A stretch of DNA of 64,000 nt from Eledone cirrhosa (GCA_964016885.1 OZ024744.1:84382001-84446000), one strand, 5' to 3'. Positions 23,932 through 39,602 are shown, counted from the first letter of the stretch. Numbers and translations are program-made. The notes: generated from the sequence alone by a model not told the origin.

Positions 23932-26785
23932 CTAAGGCGGGTAAAATTCCCGAGATCCATGGACGAGTTCTCTCCAGCTGTCTCTGTCCCTCATTATCGC
24001 TGCCATGTCCTGCGTCTCCAACAGACCAGTGTCTGTCCTTAGGGCATCAACATATGTTAACCTTGGTCTTCCTCTTCCAGTGTGTCCATGTAGGGGCTCC
24101 CAAAGGAGCACTGAGTGCAATGTCAACTCTGGATGTCGGTGAGCATGTCCAGCCAACCTCAGTCTCCTCTGTGTCACTTTTGAGCTGACTTTTGGGAGGC
24201 TCCCATACAGCTCTGAGTTTTTCATCCTCAGTGTATACTGATTAATGTTCAGAGCCATCCTCAGCGTTCTCGTGTAGCACCCATCCACCATCTGAGTGAG
24301 TCTCTTGGTCAGTGTCCAAGTCTCAGACCCATACAGCAGCACAGACTCCACTACAGCAATGAAGAGGCGGATTTTCAGGTCTCTACGAAGGTCCGACTTC
24401 CACACCGATCTCAAGCTGTGGCACGCCGCCCAGGCCTTGCTCTTCCTCTCAACCACATCATCTTCCGTATTCCCAATCTTTGCTCCCAAATACAGGAAGT
24501 CCTCAACCAATTCCAGCGGCTTCTCGCCTACATTAGTGATCCCCTCTGGTTTCTCAACATTCTCTACCAGATATTTTGTTTTAGTCTCATTCATTCTCAG
24601 CCCCACACTCATCGACACAGTCTCAACCTCCCGCATCAAATCCTCTGCCTCCTTCACTGTATTTGTCACCAAAACTATGTCGTCGGCAAATTCAGCATCC
24701 GATACCTTTTTCGCCCCAACTCTCCTGCTCTGAGCCGGTGCTACAGTAAAGCCAGAGTCCTGGTGTTTCTCCAGTGCAAGGCGCATACAATAGTCCACTA
24801 CGATGATAAAAAGGTAGGGAGCCAATGTATCTCCCTGGAGCACTCCAGCCAGTATCTCAAAGAACTCTGTCATCCCATCAGGTGTAATGACTTGGGCTTT
24901 GGTGTTGGTGTAGAGCAGTGATATCAGGTCCACTATCCTCTTGGGGATTCCATAAGCCTGTAAGATCTTCATCAGGCAGTAACGGTCCACAGAATCAAAG
25001 GCCTTCCTAAAGTCAATGAAAACCATGACCGCAGGAAGGCACTTTGCTCTAGCTCCCTCTAATATCCTCCTCAGCATCAGGATGTGACTGGTGGTTGATC
25101 TACCCTCTCTGAAGCCGTTCTGGTTGTCCCTGAGCTTCTTCTCCATCTCAGGCTGGATCCTGTTAAGAATCATCCTGTTGAGGGTCTTTGCCACAAGTGA
25201 CGTCAGTGAGATCCCCCGGTAGTTGTTGGTGTTAGAGAGATCTCCCTTCTTTGGCACTGGGACGATGTTACTGATTCTCCACTGATTCGGGGCAACTCCT
25301 TTCTCCAGTGCCCCGTTACAGAACCCCAGGATGATATCATCAAAATCACACCACTTCATCACCTCTGATGCCACTCCATCTTCTCCATGAGCCTTGCCCT
25401 CCTTGATCTTCTTCTTGGCTCTCTGAAGCTCCTCTCTGGTGAAGGGTTCTGTCTCAACATCCAGTTCCTCAAACAGCCGCCTGATCTCCCCAGTGCTCTG
25501 GGCTGTGGAGGGTGGCTCTCCTAGTAGGGTCCTAAAATGGTCTAGCCATTTCCTCTTCCTATCCCCGGGCCCCGTTCCGGTACAGAGCTCTTCCCTCATC
25601 ACCTCCACAGTCTCCATCCTCTCCTCCGTAGGATCAGCATAGAATTGGTCCCTGGCAGCTTTCAGGTGTTCTCTGGCTGCACACACTTTTGGGTCTGCAG
25701 AGCTGACGTGCTTCCCTTTGTTCTTTTTCCTCGGCACCAGGGTTTCACTTGCTTTCGCCACTGCATTGGTGAAGTGCCCGTACCTCCTTGTCACACTCTC
25801 CTCAGTCCATCCAATCTCTCTCTCCTCTGACTCTCCACACAGAGCACTAAACCTGTTTCTCACTTCCACTGTGAACCTCTCCTGTAGCTTATCATCTTCC
25901 TTGAAAAGCTCCCCAGTCATAGATTGTTCTCCGGGGCTGAGCCTTGCTCTTTCTTAAGCTCACGCGGACCTCACTCATAACAAGCCGGTGGTCACTACCC
26001 AGTGTACTGAAATAGCTGTATGGTTCCGTGTTCAGAACACTATTCCGCCACTTTTTTCTCACCAGAATGAAATCAATCTGGGACTTGGACAGGTGCATAT
26101 CTGAGATGTAGGTCCACATCTTCCCCAGATTCTTCCTACACCTTAGGTTGGTCGCCATCAAGTTCGCCTCCAGCAGGGTGTCTCTCAGTAGTCTTCCATT
26201 TCGGTTGGTGTTGTTATGGAAGTACCAGCAAGGATCTTCACTGCCCTCCTTACTCAGATGTGCATTGAAGTCCCCCAAAACAAGCAGGATATTGTGTGCC
26301 TGAGTGGTGTTGACAGCTCTACACACTTCCTCATGGAACTCCTCGGCATTCACATCACTGTCCCCCTCGGTTGGACTATAGGCTGAGATGACTGTCAGTC
26401 TTGGGTTTCCATTGAAGGTCACCCTCAACACTCGCGGGGAGATAGGCATTATTTCCCTCACCAACAGATTGGTTTTTGCACTGAACACAAAGCCCACTCC
26501 TCCTACTGCAGCATTTGTTGTGTTCTTCACTGCCGATGTAGTGATGAGCTGGCTCTTCCTCCCGATCATCACACTCCTCACGGGCTCATCGTGTAGAATC
26601 CTGTGTTCTTGGATCGCAAGTATCTGTATACCACTCTCCTCGAACAGATGTCCCAACTCCTCTCTCTTCTCCAGCGTTCGAATAGTCCTCACATTCAAAG
26701 TGCCCATTTTGATGGCTCTTCTGCAGGACAAAACTGCATTCTTTATATTTGTCTCAGAGACAGCTGATCCATCATCCACTGGCCC

Positions 26786-26787
<2 letters not shown>
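23932..26787 (-). mobile_element. RTE-clade LINE (APE endonuclease plus RT), one frameshift near 25920 and an internal deletion
   Basis: EN motifs GTLNVRT, AIQEHR, SAYSPT, LGDFNA, SQIDFIL, SDH; RT motifs NYRGISL, QNGFR, FIDFRKAFDS, GVLQGDTLAPYLF, EFADD, FLYLG; the stop codon abuts (TA)n. Confidence 0.92.
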
Positions 26788-26881
<94 letters not shown>

Positions 26882-26893
26882 CATATATATGTA

Positions 26894-27032
<139 letters not shown>

Positions 27033-27047
27033 ATATATATATATATA

Positions 27048-27160
<113 letters not shown>

Positions 27161-27161
27161 G

Positions 27162-27227
<66 letters not shown>

Positions 27228-27230
27228 TAT

Positions 27231-27519
<289 letters not shown>

Positions 27520-27548
27520 GTATATATATATATGTATATATATATATG

Positions 27549-27595
<47 letters not shown>

Positions 27596-27730
27596 GTATA
27601 TATATATATGTATATGAATATATATATAAATATATATATATAAATATATATATATGTATATATATATGTATAAATGTATATATATAAATATATATATATG
27701 TATATATATATATATGTATATATATATATG

Positions 27731-27828
<98 letters not shown>

Positions 27829-27837
27829 AATATATGT

Positions 27838-28460
27838 AGATAAATCTACCAAATGTTTACGGTAGTGTCCAATCCGTATGAAGAACTCAATGTAATCCGG
27901 ATATCATGAAAAGAGAAGATGCATTCAAAAACTACTTTCGGTGAAAAATAAACGGAAAACAGAGTCAAGATAGATTAATAAAATAATGAATAAACAAAGA
28001 AACAGTTCCTTATATTAAAAAAATTCATCATTTTACGATCGTTTCTAGGATATATATGTGTTAGAGTTGGTATGCATATTCTATAGATCTATGTACAATA
28101 TTTATACAAACTATCAGAGGGAATATACATACCTACACATATATATGCTGTCTTCAGAAATAATGATATTTGTTTATTGAAAAAAACAAAGATTCAATAC
28201 AATAGGTCTGTTTGGGAACAGGTTCTGAATTGACCAATAGAGAGATAGTGAGGGTCAAGATAGTAATATAGTAGTAGAAGAACCTTAAATTATGGGTAGA
28301 GGAAGGTTATTTTGTATCATAAGAAGTAGGAAATCATCCTCAGAAGGTAATGGTATATTCTTTAAAGAAGTTCCCAAGTATTGTTTTTCCATTGTGATAT
28401 GGATAATGGACAAGAAAAAGAGCTCAACTATTTATATATGGAGTTATAAAGTTATACACA
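27838..28460 (-). mobile_element. Solo pLTR-like fragment carrying a hammerhead
   Basis: Bounded by (TA)n and contains the motif at 28026-28165. Confidence 0.65.
28026..28165 (-). ncRNA. Type I hammerhead ribozyme with extended stem II
   Basis: CATTATTT-CTGAAGA-..ATATATATGTG...CACATATATAT..-GAAA-C(GATC)G-TA-AAATGATG. Confidence 0.72.
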
Positions 28461-28496
28461 TATATGTATATATATAAATATATATATATATATAAG

Positions 28497-28568
<72 letters not shown>

Positions 28569-28579
28569 AGTATATATAT

Positions 28580-28611
<32 letters not shown>

Positions 28612-28612
<1 letters not shown>

Positions 28613-29087
28613 CAATATTAAATAAATGGAAAACTATATTTATAAAACCATATTTATTTCATTATATATATTTCGGGGATATCATATTAACAATATGCTA
28701 TGCCTTCATCAGACAAAATACAATATAAACAGTTTTATAGATAAATATATTCGACATACCGTAATAAACATCAACTTCATTTGAAGAGGTTCACTCTAGC
28801 AGTGAAAATACAGAGAGAAAGAAAGAGAGAGAGAAAAGAGGGAAATAGGAAAGAAAGAAAGACAAAACGAAGAAAAGGAAGAAAAAGAAGAAAAAGAAAA
28901 AGAAGAAATGCATGGGACAAAATAGAGAGATGGAAAAATAGATAAAGCGAAGAGCTTCATGTAAAGAGACAGAAAGAGATATATATATAGAGAGAGAGAG
29001 GAAGTAGAGATAGATACATATATAAATATAGATATAGAAAAATTAGGTAGTGGGAGGTCATTTTGAGTAAGTGTATCAATGATGCAT

Positions 29088-29122
<35 letters not shown>

Positions 29123-31160
29123 GCTCAAGTATTAATGTAAGGGAGATATATAGAGAGATATAGAGAGAGAAAAAATTTAAAAATAGCCAGACATATTCGA
29201 GGCGTAGAGAACCCTATGTTTTAATGTATTAGTATTTATAAAACTTACACTATATTGTAAATATCAGTATTCCTGAATGAAACAAGTATTCACAATGCGT
29301 GAAAATTCATTATCTTATGTTTAGTTTTTTAAAAAAATTCATATGTCTATGTGAATCCAACTGATTCACTCCGCAAATTCAAAGTTACCGGAAAACATTC
29401 TCAATGTGGTATAAAAATTTGAGCGTATTATTATTCTTGCGATTACTCTACAAGATTATCTATCAAGCAGAAATAGAGAGCAGATTTCAATATACTAATC
29501 GAAAATATATATTATATTATAAGCAGAGATAACAATAATAATGATAATAAGTAAAAATATATAAAAATATATAAAAATATAAAAATATAGAATAGAAAAC
29601 TAAAAAAGAATATTACGAAAGAATATTACATAATAAAAATATTGCATATTAAAAATACTACGTATTAAAAATATTACGTATTAAAACTTTACATATAAAA
29701 ATATACATATAAAAATATAAAAATATTAAAAATAAAAATAAAATAAAATAAAAAATAAAAATATTATAGAATACTACAATACTAAAAGAATAAAAATAAA
29801 AATAAAAATAAAAATAAAAATAAAAATAAAAATAAAAATAAATAAAAATAAAAATGAAAATAAAAATAAACCACAAAGAACAACCCTTCAAAGTTAATTG
29901 ACAATATATTGCCAAGTTCACTACAAGACAAAGCCAAAAATTATCTATCAAATCACATCTAGCAAGGAATATCGCAAAAAAAGATTATGATGTCCAATAA
30001 TGTCTACATATGTTCCTATATTTAATATATAAGTTTATCAAGTGTAAGGTTAATTCAAATGTAAGGTTAATTCAAAAAATTTGGAGCATCGGCTTTTAGG
30101 GTAGCTTAATTTTTCATGAGGAATGTTTAGATAAAAATAAAAATAAAAATAAAAATAAAAATAAAAATAAATAAAATAAAATAAACAATAAAAAGAGTAA
30201 AAAGAGGGAATCAAAGATTTAGGAATCAAAAGATTTATCGGCTAGTTCTCATATAAATATAAATCAAACTAAATATACTACATTTTAAATTTAAATTTAT
30301 ATTTAAACGTTGAGTTTAATCTATGTTTGCAACAACTGAATAAATTTGTCCGTAGGTTAAGGGAATTTTTAGATTTTAATATAAAGAATATCTCCTCTGC
30401 GCAGAGGTCACATGTCTCAGAGGATGAATTAAAAGGAATCCCTCTTGAGACTATATTCCAAGCCGTCGAATATCTAACGTTATCTAGCTTAAGTTGCCAG
30501 AGTACACCTGATAGTGCCGTTGAAGATTTTTTATTTGGATCTGTGAAAGAATTCTTGTGGTTATTATAGCGAAGTTTAAATTCCGTCGATGTGGAACCGA
30601 CGTAGTTAAAAGAATTAGAGTCAGTATTAACATTACAATTGTATACTATATTTTTAACTAAGCAGTTGTTATTTAACGGACATTTAGATCTATCTCTACA
30701 GTTACATTTGTTAACTTGTATATTATTTATGCTATTATCAGTAGGTTTTAAGTTCCTATTATTTATTCTATTAATATTTTGTGCTAAATTTTTGGTGGAT
30801 GAGTAGGTTAATTTAATTGTATGCCTATTGAAGATTGAGTGGTACCTATGTGTTCTAGGGAAGCGATTATCAAGAGCTTTGAAAAATAATTTAGCGATGT
30901 GGGTTTTAATGTTTAGTGAGAAAGGGGGGGCAAACCAAATTATGTTCCTAGTTCTATTTCTTTTTTGTCCTTTGGAATTATTGTAATGCTTTCTATTATA
31001 GTTGTTAATGTTGTTGCCGTCATTAAAAAAGTTGTTACTTTGTTTAGTTTGTTTATCATTATCTATGTACACAATCTTATCAGCATACCCTGCCCTAGCT
31101 AGTGCATCATTATAGTATTGGGCCTTTTCGTCAAAAATCTTTCTATTCGACGAGATATAT
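28612..31160 (-). mobile_element. 5'-truncated Naiad-type Penelope-like element; ORF 31072-30278 (linker, Cys cluster, GIY-YIG) and a long 3'UTR
   Basis: [26 protein letters not shown]...CPL...C, IVY...YVGST..FK.RY.NH, CDLC..E, LN.R...CKH. Confidence 0.85.
28656..28719 (-). ncRNA. Type I hammerhead ribozyme; second copy (CUGAGGA) at 50644-50707
   Basis: ATTTTGT-CTGATGA-[stem II]-GAAA-T(ATAT)A-TA-ATGAAAT. Confidence 0.72.
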
Positions 31161-31166
31161 GTATAT

Positions 31167-31328
<162 letters not shown>

Positions 31329-31456
31329 GTAGGAGGTGAGTTTTATTGTAGTACAATAAAGCAATGCAGATATCGGATAAGAAGCACTCTACAGTTTGTA
31401 GGACTGGAGTATACATAATATATAAGATCAAAAGATGGTTAAAGGAGTTCCATGTA

Positions 31457-31523
31457 TTTTATTATGCGCATTTCAAAAACAAACATCATCATGCAATAAT
31501 ATTTGTGTTTTCATCAGATAAAA
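31457..31523 (-). ncRNA. Type I hammerhead ribozyme (same family as 14361-14427)
   Basis: Same core and stems. Confidence 0.75.
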
Positions 31524-31584
31524 CAGGAGGACATGATATGAAGGCTAAAAAACACTTGTGGATAGTGCAGTTTTAAATCAACAT

Positions 31585-31764
<180 letters not shown>

Positions 31765-31780
31765 TATATATATATACATG

Positions 31781-31860
<80 letters not shown>

Positions 31861-31881
31861 AATATATATATAAATATATAA

Positions 31882-32054
<173 letters not shown>

Positions 32055-32085
32055 TATATATAAATATATATATATATGTATATAA

Positions 32086-32162
<77 letters not shown>

Positions 32163-32190
32163 AATATATATATATATGTATATATATATG

Positions 32191-32266
<76 letters not shown>

Positions 32267-32462
32267 AATATATAGATTTTGAGTTTATGTTGGTTGTATA
32301 CCAACACCTCAGTATGCAGGCTGGAGCACTCGACGAAGTGCGCAGGTATGACTCCAGTTCCCCAGTGAATTAACAACACAGCAAGGAACTGGGCATATCA
32401 GAGTATTGACAATATCATACACCTAAACAACATATGTACTTGTCTATACCATACTAATTCAA

Positions 32463-32517
32463 ACTGCCTGAAGAGGTCACAGCCAAACATGGCTGTCACT
32501 GAAATATATATAGCAGT
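32463..32517 (+). ncRNA. Type I hammerhead ribozyme; second copy at 44523-44577 (-)
   Basis: ACTGC-CTGAAGA-GGTCACAGCC(AAACAT)GGCTGTCACT-GAAA-T(ATAT)A-TA-GCAGT. Confidence 0.82.
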
Positions 32518-32640
32518 AATAAACGAAGCTAAATTTTAATCATTTGACTTTTATTTAACTTTATTTTATATAAATATATATATATATATATATAAATATA
32601 TATATATATTTATATACATATATATATATATTTATATATA

Positions 32641-32747
<107 letters not shown>

Positions 32748-32758
32748 GTATATACATA

Positions 32759-32793
<35 letters not shown>

Positions 32794-32794
32794 T

Positions 32795-32848
<54 letters not shown>

Positions 32849-32853
32849 ATATT

Positions 32854-32906
<53 letters not shown>

Positions 32907-32907
32907 T

Positions 32908-32991
<84 letters not shown>

Positions 32992-32994
32992 CAG

Positions 32995-33057
32995 GGGTAA
33001 ACTCTTAATACAACCATCCAAAATAGAAAAAAGACTGTTGGAGTGAGCCAAAATTTA

Positions 33058-33118
<61 letters not shown>

Positions 33119-33292
33119 AGGCGATGAATTAGTTTTGCGAGGTTTTTTATATGAAATTTTGTGTCGAAACAAATATTTTTATACTTGGGGAGGGTCATAT
33201 TTGTGTAATATTGCCAGAATTACAACCATACAGTGAGTGTGTTCTGTTATTAATTCTGGCAATATTACACAAATATGACCCTCGCCAAGTAT

Positions 33293-33373
<81 letters not shown>

Positions 33374-33729
33374 GAGTAATAATAATAAATTTGAAGACTA
33401 AAATCCAAAGAGGGCTCGATAAGGATAAGCAGCGATTCTTTGCTTAAACTTTAATCTGTTATTTTAATAAATATATATATATATATATAAATATATACAT
33501 ATATATATATACACATATATATATACACATATATATATATATTATTTTCAGCAGGAACCTGTCAAAATTAATGGCGAACCAGTTCTATTAGTAATTTGTG
33601 AATCCTACCATAAAAAAGAACATCATGTGATTCGTAAAAAGGCTCGACCATTCTTTCATTTTAAAGAGTATGGTCCCAAGCCTGAACTATTCAGAACCCT
33701 TAATTTTGATTCAGACACCAGTAATATTG
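32995..33729 (+). pseudogene. Gene copy C: UTR exon 32995-33042 and hypervariable exon 33552-33729 (open frame); ATG exon lost
   Basis: QEPVKINGEPVLLVICESYHKKEHHVIRKKARPFFHFKEYGPKPELFRTLNFDSDTSNI; the intervening intron is replaced by (TA)n and two small elements. Confidence 0.72.
33118..33300. mobile_element. Fold-back element: ~55-nt tail plus ~50-bp inverted repeat
   Basis: tatacttggggagggtcatatttgtgtaatattgccagaatta / taattctggcaatattacacaaatatgaccctcgccaagtata. Confidence 0.7.
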
Positions 33730-33912
33730 TAACTGCTTGTATTTGCATACCCATAGCGAGTGTTTTCGCGTATGCTTGTGTATGTACGTATATGGATGAG
33801 TGTACGTATATTTTTAATTTCAATTACCTCTGTATTTTATTTACTTTATTTTTAACTCTGAAGCCGAGAATCATTTGGTTTCCTAAATAGCATTTTATTC
33901 TACGCCTTCAGT

Positions 33913-34803
33913 TATACAACGGAACCATCTATGTTCAGGGAACGTGAGGCCGCCTGTGAAACGTGGGACAGGGTGGGACTTAGCCCGGTAGACGTCCCTC
34001 CTCCTTCTCCCCTGTTGACGTCAAGTCCCTCCCCCCAACCAGCACCGCCTTGCTTGTTTTCGTGCGGCCTCCAAACCGCACAGTGGTGTCTGGCTCCATG
34101 CTCTGCCCTCCTTCTCCACTGGCACGCAGCTAGACAACCATAGCCTGCGAATCGGCGTTTCCCTGAGGCTCGGCCTCCGGATCTGCCAGCCACAACAATG
34201 TCGCTGCGGTTCCACCGTGGACTCTTTCGGCCTTCACCCTCTTTGCTGTCGCCACAGTGCCGGCCGCATTCCACGCCATACTAACCTCAACGAGGTCGTT
34301 AAGCATGGCTTGGACGCTGCAGGCTTCCCTTGCCAGCTCGCTCCGGTGGGGCTGGATCGAGGGGACGGCAAAAGGCTAGATAGCATGACCATATTCCCGC
34401 GGTGGCAAACCCCTCGTCTGGGCTGCCACTTGCACCGACACTTTCTGCAGCCGCAACCTGGTGCAATCTGCGACTGACCCAGGTTCTGCTGCACGTCGGG
34501 CTGAGGGGGCCAAACTCTTCAAATACCGGCCGCTCTCCGACAGGTTTGCGGTCGTTCCCCTGGCAGTGGAGACTTCTGGTGTCCTCGGCCCCGGGGCTAC
34601 CTCCTACTCACCACCATAGGCGCTGAGCTGGCCAGCTGCAGGTGATAGCCCCGCGAGTTGGAGTGGCTTTTCCAGCGCGTCTCTATTGCCGTCCTGCGGG
34701 GAAACGCCTTCTCCATTCTGTCCGCCGGAGCTGTGAGTGGGCCCCATAGCGTACCAATACATTAGTTAAATACCATTCTTTCATCTTATACAACACAATA
34801 AAG
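33913..34803 (+). mobile_element. CRE-clade 3' fragment (duplicate of 1575-2462)
   Basis: Near identity to 1575-2462. Confidence 0.85.
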
Positions 34804-35244
34804 ATTTTATAGAATATTCATAAATTGTTATACCATTTACGTGTAATTGTTCTCGTTACTCCACATAATGTAGTATTATCTTCGTTTTTTCCGTTCATTG
34901 CCAGAGAACGTCTCCATGAACCATCTAATAGAATATTAGTCTACGACTTCATTTATACCATAAACGTGGTTTTATCTTTGCGTGTAATTGTTTTTCACCG
35001 ATCCAAATAATGACGTATTATATTCGTTTTTTTTTTTTTTTTTGTTCTTTGCCAGGGAACGTTTCCACGAACCAAAGTATCGTCTTCCTGTCTTCCTTTG
35101 GTTGCAACTTTTTTTGAAATATTTAATTCTGCGTTCACAGATTGAGTTTATTAGTTTCAGAAGATCCCGTTAAGGGTCAAAGCAGCGATTCTTTGCTTAA
35201 ACTTTAATAAAATATATATATATAAATATGTATATATATATATA

Positions 35245-38200
35245 TTTTTTTTCTTATTCGTTCACTCCACCCCGCTTCACACCCCCGCCCTCTCATCCCT
35301 CCCCCTGCTTTCACCCAACGCCCATCATGGCCAACCTGAGATCCTTTCTCCACCAACTCCACAATCGCCTCAAACTTTTCCTCACCACCCTCCTTCCACC
35401 CTGCTATCTCCCCTCCGCCCTTCAACTCTCCTACCTTCTCTTCGCCAAAACCCGGCACTCCAGCCACATCCATTTCCTCAGCCACTGCCTCCGCCTCCAC
35501 CTTATCCCCCTTGGCTTCCGTCTACACTTCCACCCCTCCCCCGCTGCCTCCCCCTCCGCGCAACGTATCCTCACCCGATCCTCACGCCTTCTGATGCGCA
35601 ACTCCATCCGCGCCTCCCGTTCCACCCTCCGCCTACTTGACCACCAACTGACCCCCACCCTCCTCCGCCTTTACTCCACCTGCCACCCCCTCATCGCCCA
35701 AGCCATCCTCTCCTTCATCCACAACCTCAACCACAACCTCTTCTCGTTCCTCAGCTCCACCAAAGCCCGCAAGCTACACTCACTCCCCCCCCCCCATCCA
35801 CCACCACCCGCCCATCCCCATACGCTCACCACTCCCCCTACCCCACCCCCACCCAATCTCCACCCCTCACCACACCCTCCCTTCCCTCCCCCAACACCCA
35901 AACCCCACCCCTTGTTGTCACCATAACCCCTGACCTCCCCCTCTCCGCACCTGAGCGCTCACTCCTTAGTAGAGGCCTTCGCTTCATAACTCACACTCCG
36001 CTCAGCGACGAGTTCCGCACCCGAACGGAAGTCGAGCGATTCGTGCGACGCACTAAGCTACAGGCACATTTCAGCCGAACGCCACCGGCTCCGGACGCCC
36101 CAGACCCGTTTCTCGCCCTGGGCCGACGACCATCTTCTTGGACGCCGGCCCCAGGGCAATTTAGCACCCTGGACGCCTTCGTCGATGCCAGCCGTAGCGC
36201 AGTAAATCGTTTCGACTTCCGCCACCGTTCCAAACGGCACAACATCTCACGGGGCGAACTCCTCGCTCTCCGCTCCCTCCGTAGCCGAGATGACATCGTC
36301 ATCAAACCGGCGGACAAGGGAGGCGCCGTGGTGGTATGGCGCGCGGACCTCTACACGGCCGAAGCCCTCAGGCAGCTCTGTGACCCCCTCTTTTACCGCC
36401 CTCTACCCTCCGATCCCACCCCCCTCTACCAACAACAAGTCTCCTCCACCATCAAAGACCTTATCGCCTCCTCCCTCCTCCCCCCCACCGCTTCCCACCT
36501 CATCGTCCGCACACCCCGCACCCCCACCATCTACTTCCTCCCCAAACTCCACAAACCCGACAACCCCGGCCGCCCCATCGTCTCCGCTTGCAACTGCCCC
36601 ACCGAACTCATCTCCGCCTTTCTCGACTCCCTCCTCGCCCCCCTTGTCACCACCCTCCCCTCCCACATCTCTGACACCAACCACGCCCTGCGCCTTTTCG
36701 ACTCCTTCACCTACCTACCCGGCCCTCAGCCATTCCTCTTCACCCTAGACATCAAGTCCCTCTATACCGTCATCCCCCCACGCCGACGGCCTTCGCGCCC
36801 TCAAACACTACCTCGACCATCGCCCCTCCCCCATTCCCTCCACCCCCACCCTCCTTCGCCTCGCCGAGCTGGTCCTCACCCTAAATTGTTTCTCCTTCTC
36901 GGGTGAGTTTTACCAACAGGTCACGGGGGTAGCCATGGGCACAAGAATGGGCCCGAACTATGCCAACCTTTTTGTTGGCCATGTTGAGGCCCAAATCTTT
37001 GCCCAGTACACCGGCCCCACGCCCGAACTGTACGGTCGTTACATTGACGACTGTATCGGAGCCACGACCCTCACCCGAGTACAGCTCGACTCCTTTCTCT
37101 CCTTCTTCTGCTCCTTCCACCCCTCCCTCCACTTCACCACCTCTATCTCCACCACCCACGTCCACTTCTTGGACATCTCCGTCGCCTTCGACCCCTCCCA
37201 CCACTCCCTCGTCACCTCCGCCTTCTTCAAACCCACCGACTCCCACTCTTACTCGACTTCACCTCTTCCCACCCCACCCACACTAAACTCTCCATTCCCT
37301 ACTCCCAACTTCTCAGGATCCGCCGCCTCTGTAGCCGAGATGCTGACTTTGAGTCCGAGGCCCTTTCCCTAGTCAGCCATTTCATCCGCAGAGGTTTCCC
37401 CCCTCTCTCGTCCACACCGCTCTCACCCGCGCCCGTGCTATCCCCCGCTCCACCACCCTCACCCCACGCCACCGCACACCCACCCACCGTCTCCCCTTCG
37501 CCATCACCTACCACCCCTCCACCTTACCCCTCCACCGCACCATCCGCCGCCTCTTCCGACACCTCCAGTCCGACCCCTCCACCTCCCACATCTTCCCAAC
37601 CCCACCACTCCCCTCCTTCAAACGCGCACGCAATCTCCGCACCCTCCTCGTCCACAGCTCCCTACCCCCCAACCCACGCTCCGTTTCCCCCCCCCCGGTT
37701 CCTTCCCCTGTTCTAGGCCCCGCTGCAACACCTGTCCCCACATCACCAACACCACCACCTTCCAGGGTCCCAACGGCCACCCTCTCTCGGTCCGGCATGC
37801 CTTCCGCTGCACCTCCTCCAACCTAGTCTACGGACTTCGTTGCACGAGGTGCAGCGCGACTTATGTCGGACAGACGGGACGCCGCCTGGCGGACCGAGTC
37901 ACGGAGCACCTCCGGGACATTCATCTCGGGGGCAGTTCCCCCATCGCCCGCCACTTTGGTGGCCCTGGACACTCCGCACGCCATCTCACAGTCTGTGGCC
38001 TACTCCAGTGCCACGGAACACCCGCCCATCGCCTTACGGTCGAACAACGTACTATCTTCATCTTACAGACCCACACTCCCCCCGGCCTGAACTCCCCACC
38101 CTTATTCCTTTAGCGTTCGACCGCTTCCCTCCCCCCACTTATCCCCCACTAACACCACTAACACACCCCTCCTTTTCACCGCCCACCCCACACTAACAAT

Positions 38201-38599
38201 ACTAACACCTCCACTCCACCCCTCATCTGACCACCCTTCCCCAACTAACATACTAACATCCCTTCCCTCCCCTCTTCTCCTCCTCAAGCCTCCTTATCAC
38301 ACGCACACACTTACACCACCCACCCCACACGCAACTAACATCACTAACACCCTCCAACCCCACGCACACGTACCCACACAGCCTCGTACATCACCAACTC
38401 TACACGCCCTACCCCCACTAACCCCCACTCACACCTGCATTCCACCCCTCCCCACCTCCCGCCTACTAACACCCACTAACACCTCCTCACCAAACTACAC
38501 ACACACCAGTACACCACACTCCCTCCATAGAACCACACACACCCTTCTCTCCCCACTCCACACTCACTCATCCCACTAATACCCCTACTAATACACACA

Positions 38600-38647
<48 letters not shown>

Positions 38648-39602
38648 CCTCACTCCAACTCTCACACCTACCCATCCTCGCCTCCCTACCATTCCGCCGA
38701 CTGCTGCTATGCCCTTCCGACCACTGTCTCAGCACCAACTGACCACAGCACTTCCACTGCTGACCACTTCCTGTTGCGCGCGCACCCCACATCTCTCCTC
38801 TTCCGACCACCGCTTCTTGGATTACCCACACGCGTTTTGACTTCCAACCAAAATCTCCATACATCCGTGTAACTTACCACTTTCAACCATCCTCTTACAC
38901 CATCACCTATATAACTCACCCACACACACATCCCAAAACAATTTTTTTTATCCACACGCCACCCACACCCACAACACGCTTAAACCACACACACGTGCTT
39001 CCCACCACATATTTACACCCTCAGCCCCCTGATTCCTCTCCCCCCCACCCCCTATCCACACACGCACAGACCCTCCGACCCACAAAAACACCCCCCACAC
39101 ACACCTTCATGAACATGCAACTCCGTTCTTCCCCCAACCCTCACTTTCACATACACACACACACACACACACGCACACCTAACCACACACACCACCTTCA
39201 GCCCTCCCCGCTCGGACACCCCGTCTCCCTCTCCCCACTCCACCCGCCACCACCCCTACTCACCCCACACCCTTCCACCACCTGTTTACCCCCCTTTTAA
39301 TTTCAGTTTATTTTGATCATGCCTTTATTTTTAAATTTTCTCATTCCTTGTATTTTGATCATGCTTTATTTTTATTTATTATTTATTATATTTTTGTCTT
39401 TATTTGTTAATTTTTCATTCGCACCGTTTCCTTTCGCTATATGTCTCTCCACCACTCCCCTACACACCTTTTGAACTCTCACCTGAAGAAGGGCTTATGC
39501 CCGAAACGTCGTCCTCCACCTACTCCCCACTCTCCTGAGCGTGAATTTAATAAACATTTATCGTACTGCCTCTCTGTTCTGTCCCTGTTCAATTTTTCAT
39601 TA
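35245..39602 (+). mobile_element. Near full-length Penelope-like element (Neptune-type; RT plus Cys cluster plus GIY-YIG), ORF about 35327-38113 with frameshifts, C-rich 3'UTR
   Basis: DIVIKPADKGGAVVVW, YFLPKLHK, GRPIVS, LDIKSLYT, GVAMGTRMGPNYANLFVG, RYIDD, FLDI, KPTD, C..PRCNTC, LVYGLRC..C.ATYVGQTGRRL..R..EH. Confidence 0.93.
39481..39513 (+). ncRNA. Minimal hammerhead-like motif in the pLTR; copy at 52065-52097 (-)
   Basis: CTGAAGA-AGGGC(TTAT)GCCC-GAAA-CG-TC; stem I is weak. Confidence 0.55.

Noticed and set aside
30278-31072. Selenocysteine recoding, known in some Naiad PLEs
   Set aside because: All conserved Cys positions here and in 3660-3812 use TGT/TGC; there is no in-frame TGA at those sites.
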